Of a stretch of DNA of 64,000 nt, positions 43,137-53,788 are shown piece by piece. How positions within the stretch are numbered: the stretch's first letter is position 1; each line of letters begins with the position of its first letter. The notes under the pieces are model-generated. The model was not told where the DNA came from and did not search any database. It saw only the letters and a list, made by a program, of their open reading frames with translations. A program made the position numbers and the translations under genes. The stretch comes from Candidatus Dadabacteria bacterium (GTDB lineage: Bacteria > Desulfobacterota_D > UBA1144 > Nemesobacterales > Nemesobacteraceae): contig RKRQ01000065.1 of NCBI GenBank assembly GCA_007571325.1, positions 7,972 through 71,971 on the forward strand. The letters are read 5' to 3'.

Positions 43137-43987
43137 AAACCATAGGAGTAATAGGCGGAAGCGGGCTTTATGCAATGGAGGGACTTTCAGATGTTAAAAG
43201 CATTTCTATAGAAACTCCATGGGGCCCCCCTTCCTCAAGTCTCATTACGGGAACTCTTGGCGGTGTGAATATGGTTTTTCTTCCAAGACATGGAACGGGA
43301 CACACCATATCCCCTTCAGAGATAAATTTCCGGGCGAACATATACGCTATGAAAGTTATGGGGGTTCAGTGGCTTATATCCGTAAGTGCTGTGGGAAGCC
43401 TAAAAGAGGAAATAGAACCTGGACACGTAATAATACCCGATCAATTTATCGATAATACAAGAAAGCGACCTGCTACATTTTTTGAAGGTGGATTGGTAGC
43501 GCATGTCTCGATGGCTGACCCAGTGTGTTCTACACTCTCGGATTGTCTCGAGGAAGCATCACTCTGCTGTGGGGGGACCGTTCACTCAGGAGGAATTTAT
43601 GTCTGTATTGAAGGTCCTCAGTTCTCTACTAGAGCAGAAAGTAATCTTTACAGAAAATGGGGAGCAAACATCATAGGTATGACTGCGATGCCCGAAGCGA
43701 GACTCGCGAGAGAAGCTGAGATTTGCTATTCCATTATAGCTCTTTGTACGGATTATGATTGTTGGAAAGAAGATCACGACGATGTAACGGTTTCAGAAGT
43801 AATTGAAATCATGAATAAAAATGTCGATGCGGCGAAAAAAATATTGGCTTCAGTGGTTAATGCTGTTCCAGAAAAAAAAGAATGTCTCTGCGTCGATGCT
43901 CTTGGTTACTCCATAATAACGTCAGAGGAGTATATAACAGAAGAGATGAGAAACAGAGTTGGACCCCTAGTGAAAAAGTATATATAG
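43133..43987 (+). CDS. mtnP: S-methyl-5'-thioadenosine phosphorylase
   Basis: IGVIGGSGLY N-terminus. PNP family II. TTG start overlapping the rsmG stop. Confidence 0.85.
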   Translation: MKTIGVIGGSGLYAMEGLSDVKSISIETPWGPPSSSLITGTLGGVNMVFLPRHGTGHTISPSEINFRANIYAMKVMGVQWLISVSAVGSLKEEIEPGHVIIPDQFIDNTRKRPATFFEGGLVAHVSMADPVCSTLSDCLEEASLCCGGTVHSGGIYVCIEGPQFSTRAESNLYRKWGANIIGMTAMPEARLAREAEICYSIIALCTDYDCWKEDHDDVTVSEVIEIMNKNVDAAKKILASVVNAVPEKKECLCVDALGYSIITSEEYITEEMRNRVGPLVKKYI

Positions 43988-43996
43988 AGGTTTTTA

Positions 43997-44898
43997 TGAG
44001 TATTGTTGTTGTAGGTTCGGTAGGGATTGACACTATAGAAACGCCTTTTGGGAAAGAAGAGAATGTGCTGGGGGGATCCGCTAGTTATTTCTCTCTTGCA
44101 GCCAGTAATTTTACGGATGTTCATGTGGTTTCATCTGTAGGGAACGATTTTCCATCAGCTTATTCAGAACTACTTTATTCAAGGGGGGTTGATACCGAGG
44201 GAATAGAGGTTGGTGCGGGAGAAACCTTCAGATGGGAAGGCAGATACGGCTATGATATGAAGGACCCTGAAACTATTTCCGTTACGCTTGGCGTTTTGGG
44301 CTCATTTGACCCCGTGGTTCCTGGAAAGCATAGAGATACGAAATATCTTTTTCTGGCTAACACAGACCCTGAAATACAGATGAAGGTTCTTGATCAGATT
44401 AATTCACCTCGTATTGTTGCCTGTGATACTATGAATTTCTGGATAGAGAACAAGCCACAGAGGCTCAAAGAACTTCTGGGAAGAGTCAACATACTAATAA
44501 TAAACGATTCTGAAGCACGACAACTATCTGAAGAGTCTCTGGTTACAAAAGCGGCGAAAAAAATAATGAGCATGGGTCCAGAATTTCTTATAGTAAAAAG
44601 AGGAGAGCACGGAGCCTTGCTCTTTTCTCAAGAAGATTTGTTTTGCGCACCTAGCTATCTGCTTGAGCAAGTGCTTGACCCTACAGGGGCAGGGGACACA
44701 TTTGCCGGAGGATTTATGGGTTATGTGGCATCTCAGGATAAAAATCTCGACTTCGCTGGCTTAAAGAAAGGGGTTGCTTATGGAAGCGTTATTGCTTCTT
44801 TTACTGTTGAAGACTTCAGCGTGAGACGTCTCGGTTCGCTTCGAAAAGAGGAAATAAAGGAAAGATACGGACAGTTTCTGAAACTTTCAGCCATGTAG
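43997..44898 (+). CDS. PfkB-family carbohydrate/nucleoside kinase
   Basis: DPTGAGDTFAGGF motif. Start reset to MSIVVVGSVGID. The ORF track start at 43882 overlaps mtnP. Confidence 0.8.
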
Positions 44899-44907
44899 AA
44901 GAAAAGA

Positions 44908-45171
44908 TCAGCTAAGTGATTTCACGTATTTCATGCGTATGTTGTAAATCATGTCGTCGAGAAGCTTCTTTTCTTCTTCCGTAAGATTGCCCTCGGTTTT
45001 TTCTGCTAATATTTCTAGTATTGTTATAGTGTGGTTGGCAGCTGGAATATTAACTTCTCTTTTTTTTGAGTGTGGGTCGGGAATTTCTCCCAAGTGAATA
45101 AGGGCAGAGGCGTTTAACGAAAGAATAAACCCTGAAAAATCCATCTTTAATTCGTCTTTTCTACCGCTCAC
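44908..45171 (-). CDS. DUF1844-domain protein
   Basis: 87 aa. Segment SALIHLGEIPDP...NLTEEEKKLLD resembles the DUF1844 family. Confidence 0.55.
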   Translation of the reverse strand: MSGRKDELKMDFSGFILSLNASALIHLGEIPDPHSKKREVNIPAANHTITILEILAEKTEGNLTEEEKKLLDDMIYNIRMKYVKSLS

Positions 45172-45209
45172 AGTAAGTTACTCTCCTTTTATAAGTAAAT
45201 TTTTACCAA

Positions 45210-46160
45210 TTATAGATACTGACGGAATTTTTTTCTAGGGTTATAGGGGTATTTCTCTTTGATCTGCCTCATTATGCTTTCCATATATTCATCAGATTCC
45301 TCTGGCATCGCTATTTGAATAATTACAAACTGATCTCCCCGTTTGCCGGTTTTTGGATTCTTCACTCCTTTTTCTCTAAGCCTCATTTTAGTACCACTTC
45401 CAACCCCGGGTGGAATGGTCAACTTTACCGAATTCTCTATTGTTGGTACGTTGACTAGGGCTCCCAGCGCTGCTTCATAAACTGTCAAAGGAAGATCAAT
45501 ATATATGTCATCTTCTTCTCTCCGAAAAACGGGGTGAGGTAAAACTTTTATTTCGAGTATTAAGTCTCCGGCCGCAGAACTGAGTTGTTCACCTTTGCCC
45601 GGCAGCCTTATCTTGGATCCGGTTTTTACTCCCGCCGGAATTTTAACCGTTATTCTTTTTGTTCTGCCTTCGGGAGATTTAATCAGAAGTTCCCTTTCTT
45701 CACCTTCCACCGCAGCTTTAAAATCAATTGTTATGGTCTGCTGGATGTTTTTCGGTTTTTTTGGCTGCTGATACACACTCCCGAAATCAAAAATATCCCC
45801 GAAATTCCCTCCTGCTCCACCCATACCATAGGATGTACGTCCCTGGGAAAATATATCTTTGAAAATTTCATCTATCCCTGGAAAACCTCGTGAATACTGC
45901 CTGTAGTTTCCACCGCTTCCCGGCCTCTGTCCTCCAAAACCTGTTGTTCCGAACATGTCATAGTTCTTTTTCTTCTCCTGGTCAGAAAGAGTTTCATAAG
46001 CGTGCTGTATTTCCTTGAATTTCTCCTCTGATCTTTTATCTCCCTGGTTCATGTCAGGGTGATGTTTTCTAGCAAGATCTCTATATGCCTTTTTTATCTG
46101 TTCTTGCGTTGCGCTTCGTGGTATGCCAAGTACCGCATAAAGATCCTTTTCCGCATTCAT
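45210..46160 (-). CDS. J-domain protein, CbpA-like (DnaJ C-terminal domains, no zinc finger)
   Basis: J-domain HPD (KHHPDMNQGD). G-rich linker. DnaJ C-terminal substrate-binding domains. 316 aa. Confidence 0.8.
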   Translation of the reverse strand: MNAEKDLYAVLGIPRSATQEQIKKAYRDLARKHHPDMNQGDKRSEEKFKEIQHAYETLSDQEKKKNYDMFGTTGFGGQRPGSGGNYRQYSRGFPGIDEIFKDIFSQGRTSYGMGGAGGNFGDIFDFGSVYQQPKKPKNIQQTITIDFKAAVEGEERELLIKSPEGRTKRITVKIPAGVKTGSKIRLPGKGEQLSSAAGDLILEIKVLPHPVFRREEDDIYIDLPLTVYEAALGALVNVPTIENSVKLTIPPGVGSGTKMRLREKGVKNPKTGKRGDQFVIIQIAMPEESDEYMESIMRQIKEKYPYNPRKKFRQYL

Positions 46161-46303
46161 TAGAACAAAACCCTCATTTTTCCACGCTCTCTATAATTTT
46201 ACTTAAGATTAAAAGATGTTAATAAGAATATGTTCATTGATTAAGTAATAAGGCAATCATCCTCTTGGAGCTTCTTGATACCTGAGGAAATTGCTTTAAT
46301 TGC

Positions 46304-47347
46304 TTAGTTTTCTATTGATTCAAGTATCCTGTCAGCAATTTTGGAAAAGGCCTTTGCTGCGGTACTTTGGGGGTCAGACTCCACAATAGGGGTTCCGTTA
46401 TCGCCACCGATTCTTATCCTGGGATCAAGAGGAATTTCTCCCAGAAACGGAACTTCAAACCTTTCTGCCATACGCCTTCCTCCACCCCTGCCGAATATGT
46501 CAATATTTTTGTCTACGTCGGGCATATCTAGATAACTCATATTCTCCACTATGCCGAGAATGGGAATATTGAGTTTGTTAAACATCAGTATTCCCCTCCG
46601 TACGTCTACAAGGGCTACATCCTGCGGAGTGGTCACTATAACTCCTCCACTTATTGGAGCCGTCTGTGCTAAAGAAAGCTGAGCGTCCCCTGTCCCCGGA
46701 GGAAGGTCAATTACAAGATAATCAGTTCCACTCCACTCCACATCTTCAACAAACTGCTTTATTGCTCCGTGTACCATAGGCCCTCTCCATATGACGGCAT
46801 CTTCCTCATTAACAAGGAATCCGATAGACATTACCTTGAGACCAAATTTCTCTATCGGAATGATCTTGTCGTTGGCTGTTGCACGGGGTTTTTCACTTAT
46901 TCCCATCATTAATGGGGCACTTGGTCCCCAGATGTCGGCATCCATAAGGCCGACTTTATTTCTTTTTTTTGAAATTGCCAGAGAAAGATTTGTCGCTATG
47001 GTCGATTTGCCGACCCCTCCCTTTCCACTTGCGACAGCTATATAGTATTTTATACTGGGAAGTTTGCTTTTTTCATTATCGTTTGTAGCTATCTGCTTTT
47101 GTGGCCGCGAGCCGATTTTCATTGATATATCTTCGACTCCGGGTATTGCAAAAATAGCTTTCCGTATTTCTTCTTCAAGCGTGGACTGGAGTTTTTTATC
47201 AGGTTTAGGAAGAACTACAGAGAGAGTTACTTTTGAGTCTTCTACCATAATATCTTTCACTAGACCGAAGGATATTATATCGCGGTTAAAACCTGGATAG
47301 TTAACGCTCTTAAGAACCTTTGTTATCCGTTCTCTGGTTAGTTTCAT
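46304..47347 (-). CDS. Mrp/ApbC/NBP35-family Fe-S cluster carrier ATPase with N-terminal DUF59
   Basis: Deviant Walker A VASGKGGVGKST. Start set to ATG 47345-47347, which follows GGGGAG at an 8-nt spacing. The ORF track extends to 47428. Confidence 0.85.
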   Translation of the reverse strand: MKLTRERITKVLKSVNYPGFNRDIISFGLVKDIMVEDSKVTLSVVLPKPDKKLQSTLEEEIRKAIFAIPGVEDISMKIGSRPQKQIATNDNEKSKLPSIKYYIAVASGKGGVGKSTIATNLSLAISKKRNKVGLMDADIWGPSAPLMMGISEKPRATANDKIIPIEKFGLKVMSIGFLVNEEDAVIWRGPMVHGAIKQFVEDVEWSGTDYLVIDLPPGTGDAQLSLAQTAPISGGVIVTTPQDVALVDVRRGILMFNKLNIPILGIVENMSYLDMPDVDKNIDIFGRGGGRRMAERFEVPFLGEIPLDPRIRIGGDNGTPIVESDPQSTAAKAFSKIADRILESIEN

Positions 47348-47361
47348 GTAGAAATCTCCCC

Positions 47362-47763
47362 CTAAACGATACCCAGTTTTTTCTTCCCTTCTTCGGATAT
47401 CATGTCGGGGTTCCAGGGAGGGTCCCAAATTACTTCTATAAGTACATTGTCGGCTCCGGCGTTTTTAAGAGCCATCTCAGCTTGGCCCGCTATATGCGCG
47501 CCCATAGCGCATCCCGGGGTGGTAAGTGTCATCTTGATCTGAACGTTTCGTCCAGAAATCTGTGTATCGTAAATAAGTCCAAGGTCCACTATATTCACCG
47601 GAAGTTCTGGGTCATTCACTTCCTTAAGAGCATTGTAGATGAGCTCTTCTGTTATTTCGGAACCTCTCTCAGACTTTTTCTTTTCGAACTTAGTAAAAGA
47701 TACGGCGTTTTTATTCTTTGAAGAATCCTCCCTGTCTATACGGATGATTTTTTTTATTCCCAT
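47362..47763 (-). CDS. DUF59/MIP18-family Fe-S assembly protein (SufT-like)
   Basis: 133 aa. Conserved segment NDPELPVNIVDLGLIY.... Confidence 0.65.
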   Translation of the reverse strand: MGIKKIIRIDREDSSKNKNAVSFTKFEKKKSERGSEITEELIYNALKEVNDPELPVNIVDLGLIYDTQISGRNVQIKMTLTTPGCAMGAHIAGQAEMALKNAGADNVLIEVIWDPPWNPDMISEEGKKKLGIV

Positions 47764-48081
47764 GGACTCTTGCCTCCTGATTTTTGCTGTCGTTTACAAA
47801 AACATATAGAACTTACGCCAGCAGTTTTAAAGTTTTTCACTAGCTGTAGAATTTAAGATATTTCTTCGCTTCGGTCAATTATGGAAAAGACGCTATGGTT
47901 CTTGAATTTGATTAGAACCCTACAAACTCTGTTACGCTGTTAACTTTACAGCTTTTAGGATTATTTAAAAGAAATAAAAGTTCGGGAATTTCAACTGCAT
48001 GACTGGATATTTGAGAGCGAATATCTGGTTTTCCCTTTTCTTGACAGTGTAATAACTATTCAATAGCATTCTCCCCAAGTT

Positions 48082-49140
48082 ATGAGGCAATCCCGGCAAA
48101 TCTCAGTTGGCGACGTGAAAATAGGCGGGGGAGCTTCTGTGTCAGTCCAGTCAATGACGATTACTGACACAAGAGATGTTATCTCAACTGTTTCTCAGAT
48201 AAAAAAACTTGAGGAAGCGGGCTGTGACATAGTGAGGGTTGCCGTTCCGGATATGGATGCCGCGGTAGCTTTGGGAGCCATAAAAAAAGAGATAAAAATC
48301 CCTCTTATTTCAGATATACACTTTGATTATAGACTGGCCCTTGAATCAATAGAACAGGGAGTTGACGGGATGAGAATAAATCCCGGAAACATCGGAGCCA
48401 AGTACAGAATAAGGGCGGTGGTTGATGCCTGCAGGGAAAGACGGATTCCGATAAGAATAGGTGTGAATTCGGGCTCTCTTCAAAAAGATATACTCAGAAA
48501 GCACAAGCATCCAACTGCAGAAGCCCTGGTTGAAAGCGCCATGAGGCATGTGCAGATACTTGAGGATCTTGATTTTTACGACATGAAGATTTCCGTTAAA
48601 TCCAGTGACGTTAGGAAGATGATCTCCGCATACAGAATGCTCGCGGAGAAAACGGAATATCCTCTTCATCTTGGAGTTACTGAGGCGGGAACCCCTGGAA
48701 TGGGAACGGTGAAATCTTCAATAGGAATCGGAGCGCTGCTGGCGGAAGGTATAGGAGATACGATAAGGGTCTCTTTAACGGGTGATCCGGTGGAAGAGAT
48801 TGTTGTCGGAATGAATATATTGAGGTCTTTAGGAATGAAAAACAACGGGATTGAGCTTATCTCGTGCCCAGGGTGTGGGCGACTTGAGATAGATCTTGAG
48901 AAACTTGTTTCGGAAGTTGAACAGAATGTCGCCGCTTTTAACCTTCCGAGACCAGTTAAAGTTGCGATACTGGGTTGCGTTGTTAATGGACCGGGTGAAG
49001 CTTCTGAAGCCGATATAGGAATAGCGGGGGGAAGGGGAAAAGGAATGCTTTACCGCGATGGGAAGTTGGTGAAATCTTTTAGAGAAGCTGATCTGGTCGG
49101 TGAACTTGTTAAGGAAATAGAAAAAAACTACGTTAATTGA
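48082..49140 (+). CDS. ispG: 4-hydroxy-3-methylbut-2-en-1-yl diphosphate synthase
   Basis: 352 aa. Cys ligands CPGCGR and GCVVNGPGE. Confidence 0.92.
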   Translation: MRQSRQISVGDVKIGGGASVSVQSMTITDTRDVISTVSQIKKLEEAGCDIVRVAVPDMDAAVALGAIKKEIKIPLISDIHFDYRLALESIEQGVDGMRINPGNIGAKYRIRAVVDACRERRIPIRIGVNSGSLQKDILRKHKHPTAEALVESAMRHVQILEDLDFYDMKISVKSSDVRKMISAYRMLAEKTEYPLHLGVTEAGTPGMGTVKSSIGIGALLAEGIGDTIRVSLTGDPVEEIVVGMNILRSLGMKNNGIELISCPGCGRLEIDLEKLVSEVEQNVAAFNLPRPVKVAILGCVVNGPGEASEADIGIAGGRGKGMLYRDGKLVKSFREADLVGELVKEIEKNYVN

Positions 49141-49205
49141 ACCAGAATCCCTGTGAAATCGTTATCCAGCTGAATTTCAGATTTCTATATTAAGCAGTAA
49201 AAAAG

Positions 49206-50945
49206 ATGAGATTTTCTTCTTATTTCATACATACGGTCAGAGAAGATCCTTCAGATGCCGAAATCATAAGTCACAAGCTTATGATAAGGGCTGGAATGAT
49301 AAGAAAACTTGCCGCCGGAATATATAATTACCTTCCTTTGGGGCTGCGGTCCATAAGAAAAGTTGAGAACATAGTTCGGGAGGAAATGAATAGAGCTGGA
49401 GCAATTGAGCTTCTAATGCCCACTGTGCTTCCGGCTGAACCTTGGACTGAAAGCGGCAGATGGGATTACTACGGAAAGGAACTTCTTCGCTTCAAGGACC
49501 GCACCGAACGGGATTTTTGTCTTGGTCCAACACATGAGGAAATAATAACTGACATAGTGCGAAAAGAGGTTCGTTCCTACAAGCAACTCCCAGTTAATTT
49601 TTACCAGATACAGACTAAATTCAGAGATGAAATCCGCCCTCGGTTCGGAGTTATGAGGGCGCGTGAGTTTATAATGAAAGATGCATATAGTTTTGACGTC
49701 TCAGACGATCAGGCAGACCATTCCTACCAAGCAATGTACGACACTTATGTGCGCATATTCGAGCGGTGCGGACTTGAATTCAGTGTAGTTGCCGCTGATT
49801 CCGGAAACATTGGCGGAAGTTTTTCTCATGAATTTATGGTGACCGCTGATACAGGGGAAGATGTGATAATGAGTTCCACAAAAGCCGATTACGTCGCCAA
49901 CTTAGAACTTGCAAAAATTGGTGTCTCAGAAGAGGAAAGGGAAGGAACAAGAAGCACATCGGGCCTTGATAAGATTTCTGAGATTCATACTCCAGGTCTT
50001 AAGACGATTGAAGATGTGGCACAACTTTTAAAAGTAAAACCCGATAAATTAATAAAAACCCTTATAGTGAATACTGAAACAAAACCGATTGTTGCACTCG
50101 TGAGAGGAGATGCTGAACTCAGCTTAACCAAGCTTAGAAATTTTCTCGGATGCGATGTCATAGAATTTGCCGACGCTCAAACAATTTCTGAGGTTTCAGG
50201 TGGACCCCTTGGGTTCAGTGGTCCCGTGGGACTTAAAAGAAAGGATGTAAAACTAATTGCCGATAAATCTATTCGTAATATGACAAATGCTGTGACAGGA
50301 GCTAATAAGGCTGATTACCACATAATTGGTGTGAACCCAGGGCGGGACTTTGAAGCTGATTTTTATGAGGATATAAGAGTGGCAAGGGAAGGGGATCCCT
50401 GCCCGATTTCCGAAGATGGAGTTCTTAAAGAGTCGAGAGGCATTGAGGTTGGACACGTGTTCAAACTGGGAACCAAATACAGTGAAGCCTTGGGAGCTAC
50501 CTATGTGGATGAGAGTGGGGCGGAGAAACACCTTGTTATGGGTTGTTACGGTATAGGTATAGGAAGAACTGTAGCCGCGGCTATAGAACAGAATAACGAT
50601 GAGTATGGAATAAAATTTCCTTTACCTCTGGCTCCATTTGAAGTTTCCATACTACCGATAAATATAAAACAACAAGAGGTAAAGGACACGGCGGAGAAAA
50701 TATATTCAGAGCTTATAAGTAATGGGGTTGATGTTCTGATAGACGACAGGCAAGAAACTGCCGGGGTGAAATTCAAGGACTCAGACCTGCTTGGAATCCC
50801 GATTCAGATTACTATAGGACGAAGGAGCCTGCAGGAAGGTAAGGTAGAGATAAAAAAAAGAAACTCGGGAGAAAGAAAAACTTTGGCTTTGGAAGACCTC
50901 CAAGGAGAAATTGCAGCTCTTTTAGCTGAAGAGAAAGTATGCTAG
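49206..50945 (+). CDS. proS: Prolyl-tRNA synthetase (bacterial type with INS editing domain)
   Basis: N-terminus MRFSSYFIHTVREDPSDAEIISHKLMIRAGMIRKLAAGIY matches bacterial ProRS. 579 aa. Confidence 0.92.
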   Translation: MRFSSYFIHTVREDPSDAEIISHKLMIRAGMIRKLAAGIYNYLPLGLRSIRKVENIVREEMNRAGAIELLMPTVLPAEPWTESGRWDYYGKELLRFKDRTERDFCLGPTHEEIITDIVRKEVRSYKQLPVNFYQIQTKFRDEIRPRFGVMRAREFIMKDAYSFDVSDDQADHSYQAMYDTYVRIFERCGLEFSVVAADSGNIGGSFSHEFMVTADTGEDVIMSSTKADYVANLELAKIGVSEEEREGTRSTSGLDKISEIHTPGLKTIEDVAQLLKVKPDKLIKTLIVNTETKPIVALVRGDAELSLTKLRNFLGCDVIEFADAQTISEVSGGPLGFSGPVGLKRKDVKLIADKSIRNMTNAVTGANKADYHIIGVNPGRDFEADFYEDIRVAREGDPCPISEDGVLKESRGIEVGHVFKLGTKYSEALGATYVDESGAEKHLVMGCYGIGIGRTVAAAIEQNNDEYGIKFPLPLAPFEVSILPINIKQQEVKDTAEKIYSELISNGVDVLIDDRQETAGVKFKDSDLLGIPIQITIGRRSLQEGKVEIKKRNSGERKTLALEDLQGEIAALLAEEKVC

Positions 50946-51004
50946 TGAGTGGTCGGCCATATTCAGAAATCATTTTATCCCAAAAACCAAATTTTAATAT
51001 GCAG

Positions 51005-53599
51005 TTACTTTTTTCCGAAAGTGAAATTTCCATCTTTGTCTATATCTACTTTTACTGTAGTTAAATCCCCAAAATTTCCTTCTATTATTTCATTTGCAAG
51101 TGGATCCTGTATATATCTCTGCATAGCACGTTTGAGCGGTCTCGCTCCAAAAACAGGATCGTAACCAATATCGACTAGTTTATTAATGGCTTCCTTGGAA
51201 AGTTCTATGTCCATATTTTTCTCCTTGAGCCTTTCTCTCAGATATCCGGTCTGAATGTTAGCTATCTTCATAAGGTCAGTTTTTCCCAAATCGCTGAATA
51301 TAACGATCTCGTCAATTCTATTTACGAACTCGGGGCGGAAATGGTTTCCAAGCAGTCCATTTATTTTGCTTTTCACCTCTTTATTATTCCCTGATTGTTC
51401 CTGTATATAGCGACTTCCAAGATTAGATGTCATTATTATTATAGTATTTCTGAAGTCTATGGTCTTTCCTCTCCCATCAGTGAGCCTGCCATCGTCAAGA
51501 ATCTGAAGGAGCAGATTAAACACATCGGCGTGCGCCTTTTCTATCTCATCAAGAAGGACTACTGAGTAGGGGCGCCTTTTCACTGCTTCTGAAAGCTGCC
51601 CACCTTCTTCATACCCAACATATCCGGGAGGTGCTCCGATCAATCTCGATACGGAGTGTTTTTCCATATATTCGCTCATGTCAATCCGTATAATCGCGTT
51701 ATCATCATCAAACATGAATTCGGCAAGCGATTTGGCAAGTTCTGTCTTTCCAACTCCAGTGGATCCAAGAAATATAAAGGAGCTTATCGGCTTCTTCGGG
51801 TCTGAGAGTCCGGCTCTTGACCTGCGAAGTGCATTTGAAACCAGTACTATCGCTTCTGACTGTCCTACTACTCGTTTGGAGAGTCTTTTTTCCATATGAA
51901 CGAGTTTTTTTGCCTCTTCTTCAACAAGATTCGATACGGGTATTCCTGTCCACTTTGATACGACCATGGCTATGTCCTCAGCGCTTACCTCTTCGCGAAG
52001 CATCTCCTTCTGACTCTGTATTTCAGAAAGTGCTGTGCTCAGGCTTTTCATTTGCTTTTCAAGCTCAGGAATCCTGCCATAGAGAAATTCTGATGCACGG
52101 GAAAAATCTCCTTCTCTCTGCGCTTTTTCCATATCAATCTTACGGTCTTCTATTTCTTTTTTGACTTTTCTTATTTTTGATATGTAATTTTTTTCCTTCA
52201 GCCAATGTGATTCAAGCGTTTCTGCTTTCTTTTTCAACTCTAAAAGGTCTTGTTCAATACTTTCAAGCTTTTCAAGAAGTTTAGTGTCCTGTTCTTTTCT
52301 TAATCCCTCCCTCTCTATTTCAAGGCGCATTATCTTTCTTTTTAACTCGTCCACTTCCACCGGAACAGAATCAATTTCCATTTTCAGCCTCGCTGAAGCT
52401 TCATCCATGAGATCAACCGCTTTATCAGGAAGAAACCGCCCGGAGATATATCTGTGCGATAGCCGAGCGGCAGCAACAAGAGCCTCATCCTTGATTTTTA
52501 CGCCATGATGAATTTCATATTTTTCCTTAAGGCCTCTTAGGATTGACACGCTTTCCTCAACTGAAGGTTCATCAACGTAGACCTGCTGGAATCTACGTTC
52601 AAGTGCTGAATCCTTTTCTATATGATTTCTGTATTCATCAAGAGTGGTTGCCCCTATGCAATGAAGTTCTCCACGCGCTAAAGCCGGTTTGAGCATATTT
52701 GATGCATCCATAGCCCCCTCAGCTGCTCCTGCCCCCACGACAGTGTGTATTTCATCTATAAAAAGAATCACCTCTCCCCGAGACTCAACGACTTCTTTCA
52801 GCACTGCCTTGAGTCTCTCTTCAAATTGACCTCTGTACTGGGCTCCGGCAATAAGTGATCCCAGGTCAAGAGAAATTAGTTTCTTGTCTTTAAGTCCTTC
52901 TGGAATATCAGAGTTAACTATGCGCTGAGCAAGTCCCTCAACTATAGCCGTTTTTCCCACGCCAGGTTCTCCTATAAGCACCGGATTGTTTTTCGTTCTT
53001 CGAAGAAGTACCCGAATTACGTTTCTTATCTCATCATCTCTTCCAATAACGGGGTCTATTTCCCCATTTCGGGCAAGTTCTGTAAAATCCTTTCCGTACT
53101 GACGAAGTGGCTCCATAATATCTTCAGGATTTTGTGTGTTCACACTCTGGTTCCCCCTAAGCTCTTTAAGTATCTTTAGAATTTTTTCCTTGGTTACATC
53201 TGACTCTGAAAACCCGTCTTTCAGCTCCTCATTGGCACACGAAACAGTTCCAATAAGAATGTGCTCAGTACTTATATATTTATCTCCGAGGTCTTTTGCC
53301 TCCTTATCAGCCAACTGGATTGCAGAATGAAGTTTTCTGCTCATGTATATATGAGCAGGTATTCCTTGCACTCTGGGAAGTTTAGATATCTGTTTCTCAG
53401 CCATTTGTGCGAGCGCAATGTGATCTACTCCCAGTCGCTCTAGAATTCTGATTGGCATCCCGGGCTTATTTACAAGAGCTATGAATATGTGCGGCAGGTC
53501 AATCACCTGATTTTTCCTGTCGCTTGCCACATTCTGAGCTTCTAAAATAATTTCCCGGGATTTTAAAGTGAATTTTTCAGGCGAAATCATCTCAATCAC
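51005..53599 (-). CDS. clpB: ATP-dependent chaperone ClpB
   Basis: 864 aa. Two AAA+ modules ([16 protein letters not shown]). Coiled-coil M-domain. Clp N-domain. Confidence 0.93.
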   Translation of the reverse strand: MIEMISPEKFTLKSREIILEAQNVASDRKNQVIDLPHIFIALVNKPGMPIRILERLGVDHIALAQMAEKQISKLPRVQGIPAHIYMSRKLHSAIQLADKEAKDLGDKYISTEHILIGTVSCANEELKDGFSESDVTKEKILKILKELRGNQSVNTQNPEDIMEPLRQYGKDFTELARNGEIDPVIGRDDEIRNVIRVLLRRTKNNPVLIGEPGVGKTAIVEGLAQRIVNSDIPEGLKDKKLISLDLGSLIAGAQYRGQFEERLKAVLKEVVESRGEVILFIDEIHTVVGAGAAEGAMDASNMLKPALARGELHCIGATTLDEYRNHIEKDSALERRFQQVYVDEPSVEESVSILRGLKEKYEIHHGVKIKDEALVAAARLSHRYISGRFLPDKAVDLMDEASARLKMEIDSVPVEVDELKRKIMRLEIEREGLRKEQDTKLLEKLESIEQDLLELKKKAETLESHWLKEKNYISKIRKVKKEIEDRKIDMEKAQREGDFSRASEFLYGRIPELEKQMKSLSTALSEIQSQKEMLREEVSAEDIAMVVSKWTGIPVSNLVEEEAKKLVHMEKRLSKRVVGQSEAIVLVSNALRRSRAGLSDPKKPISSFIFLGSTGVGKTELAKSLAEFMFDDDNAIIRIDMSEYMEKHSVSRLIGAPPGYVGYEEGGQLSEAVKRRPYSVVLLDEIEKAHADVFNLLLQILDDGRLTDGRGKTIDFRNTIIIMTSNLGSRYIQEQSGNNKEVKSKINGLLGNHFRPEFVNRIDEIVIFSDLGKTDLMKIANIQTGYLRERLKEKNMDIELSKEAINKLVDIGYDPVFGARPLKRAMQRYIQDPLANEIIEGNFGDLTTVKVDIDKDGNFTFGKK

Positions 53600-53665
53600 A
53601 AAATAATTCTTCTTTGTGTTGAATCAAGAAATTACTTGGAGTTGAAAAAACAAAAACTGTGGAGC

Positions 53666-53701
53666 GCCAAATAAAACCATGCTAAATCCTGGGGCATGGT
53701 T
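53666..53701 (-). terminator. Rho-independent terminator after the thiolase gene (AACCATGC-N11-GCATGGTT hairpin followed by T-rich tract on the minus strand)
   Basis: 8-bp inverted repeat at 53675-53701. The reverse complement of 53666-53674 is ttttatttg. Confidence 0.45.
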
Positions 53702-53788
53702 AAAACGGCATGCATATAACTCTCTCTGTTTACCTAATCAGAATAGCGGAAAACTGTATAAATGCTTATTGTTAAAGCACCCGATTTG

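Noticed and set aside
43882-43996. N-terminal extension of the pfkB ORF overlapping mtnP
   Set aside because: The conserved kinase N-terminus (MSIVVVGSVGID) starts at 43997. The extension is just read-through of the mtnP 3' end in another frame.
50946-51004. Apparent palindrome tggtcggcca between convergent proS and clpB as a terminator
   Set aside because: On checking the reverse complement, only GGCC is self-complementary. There is no real stem.
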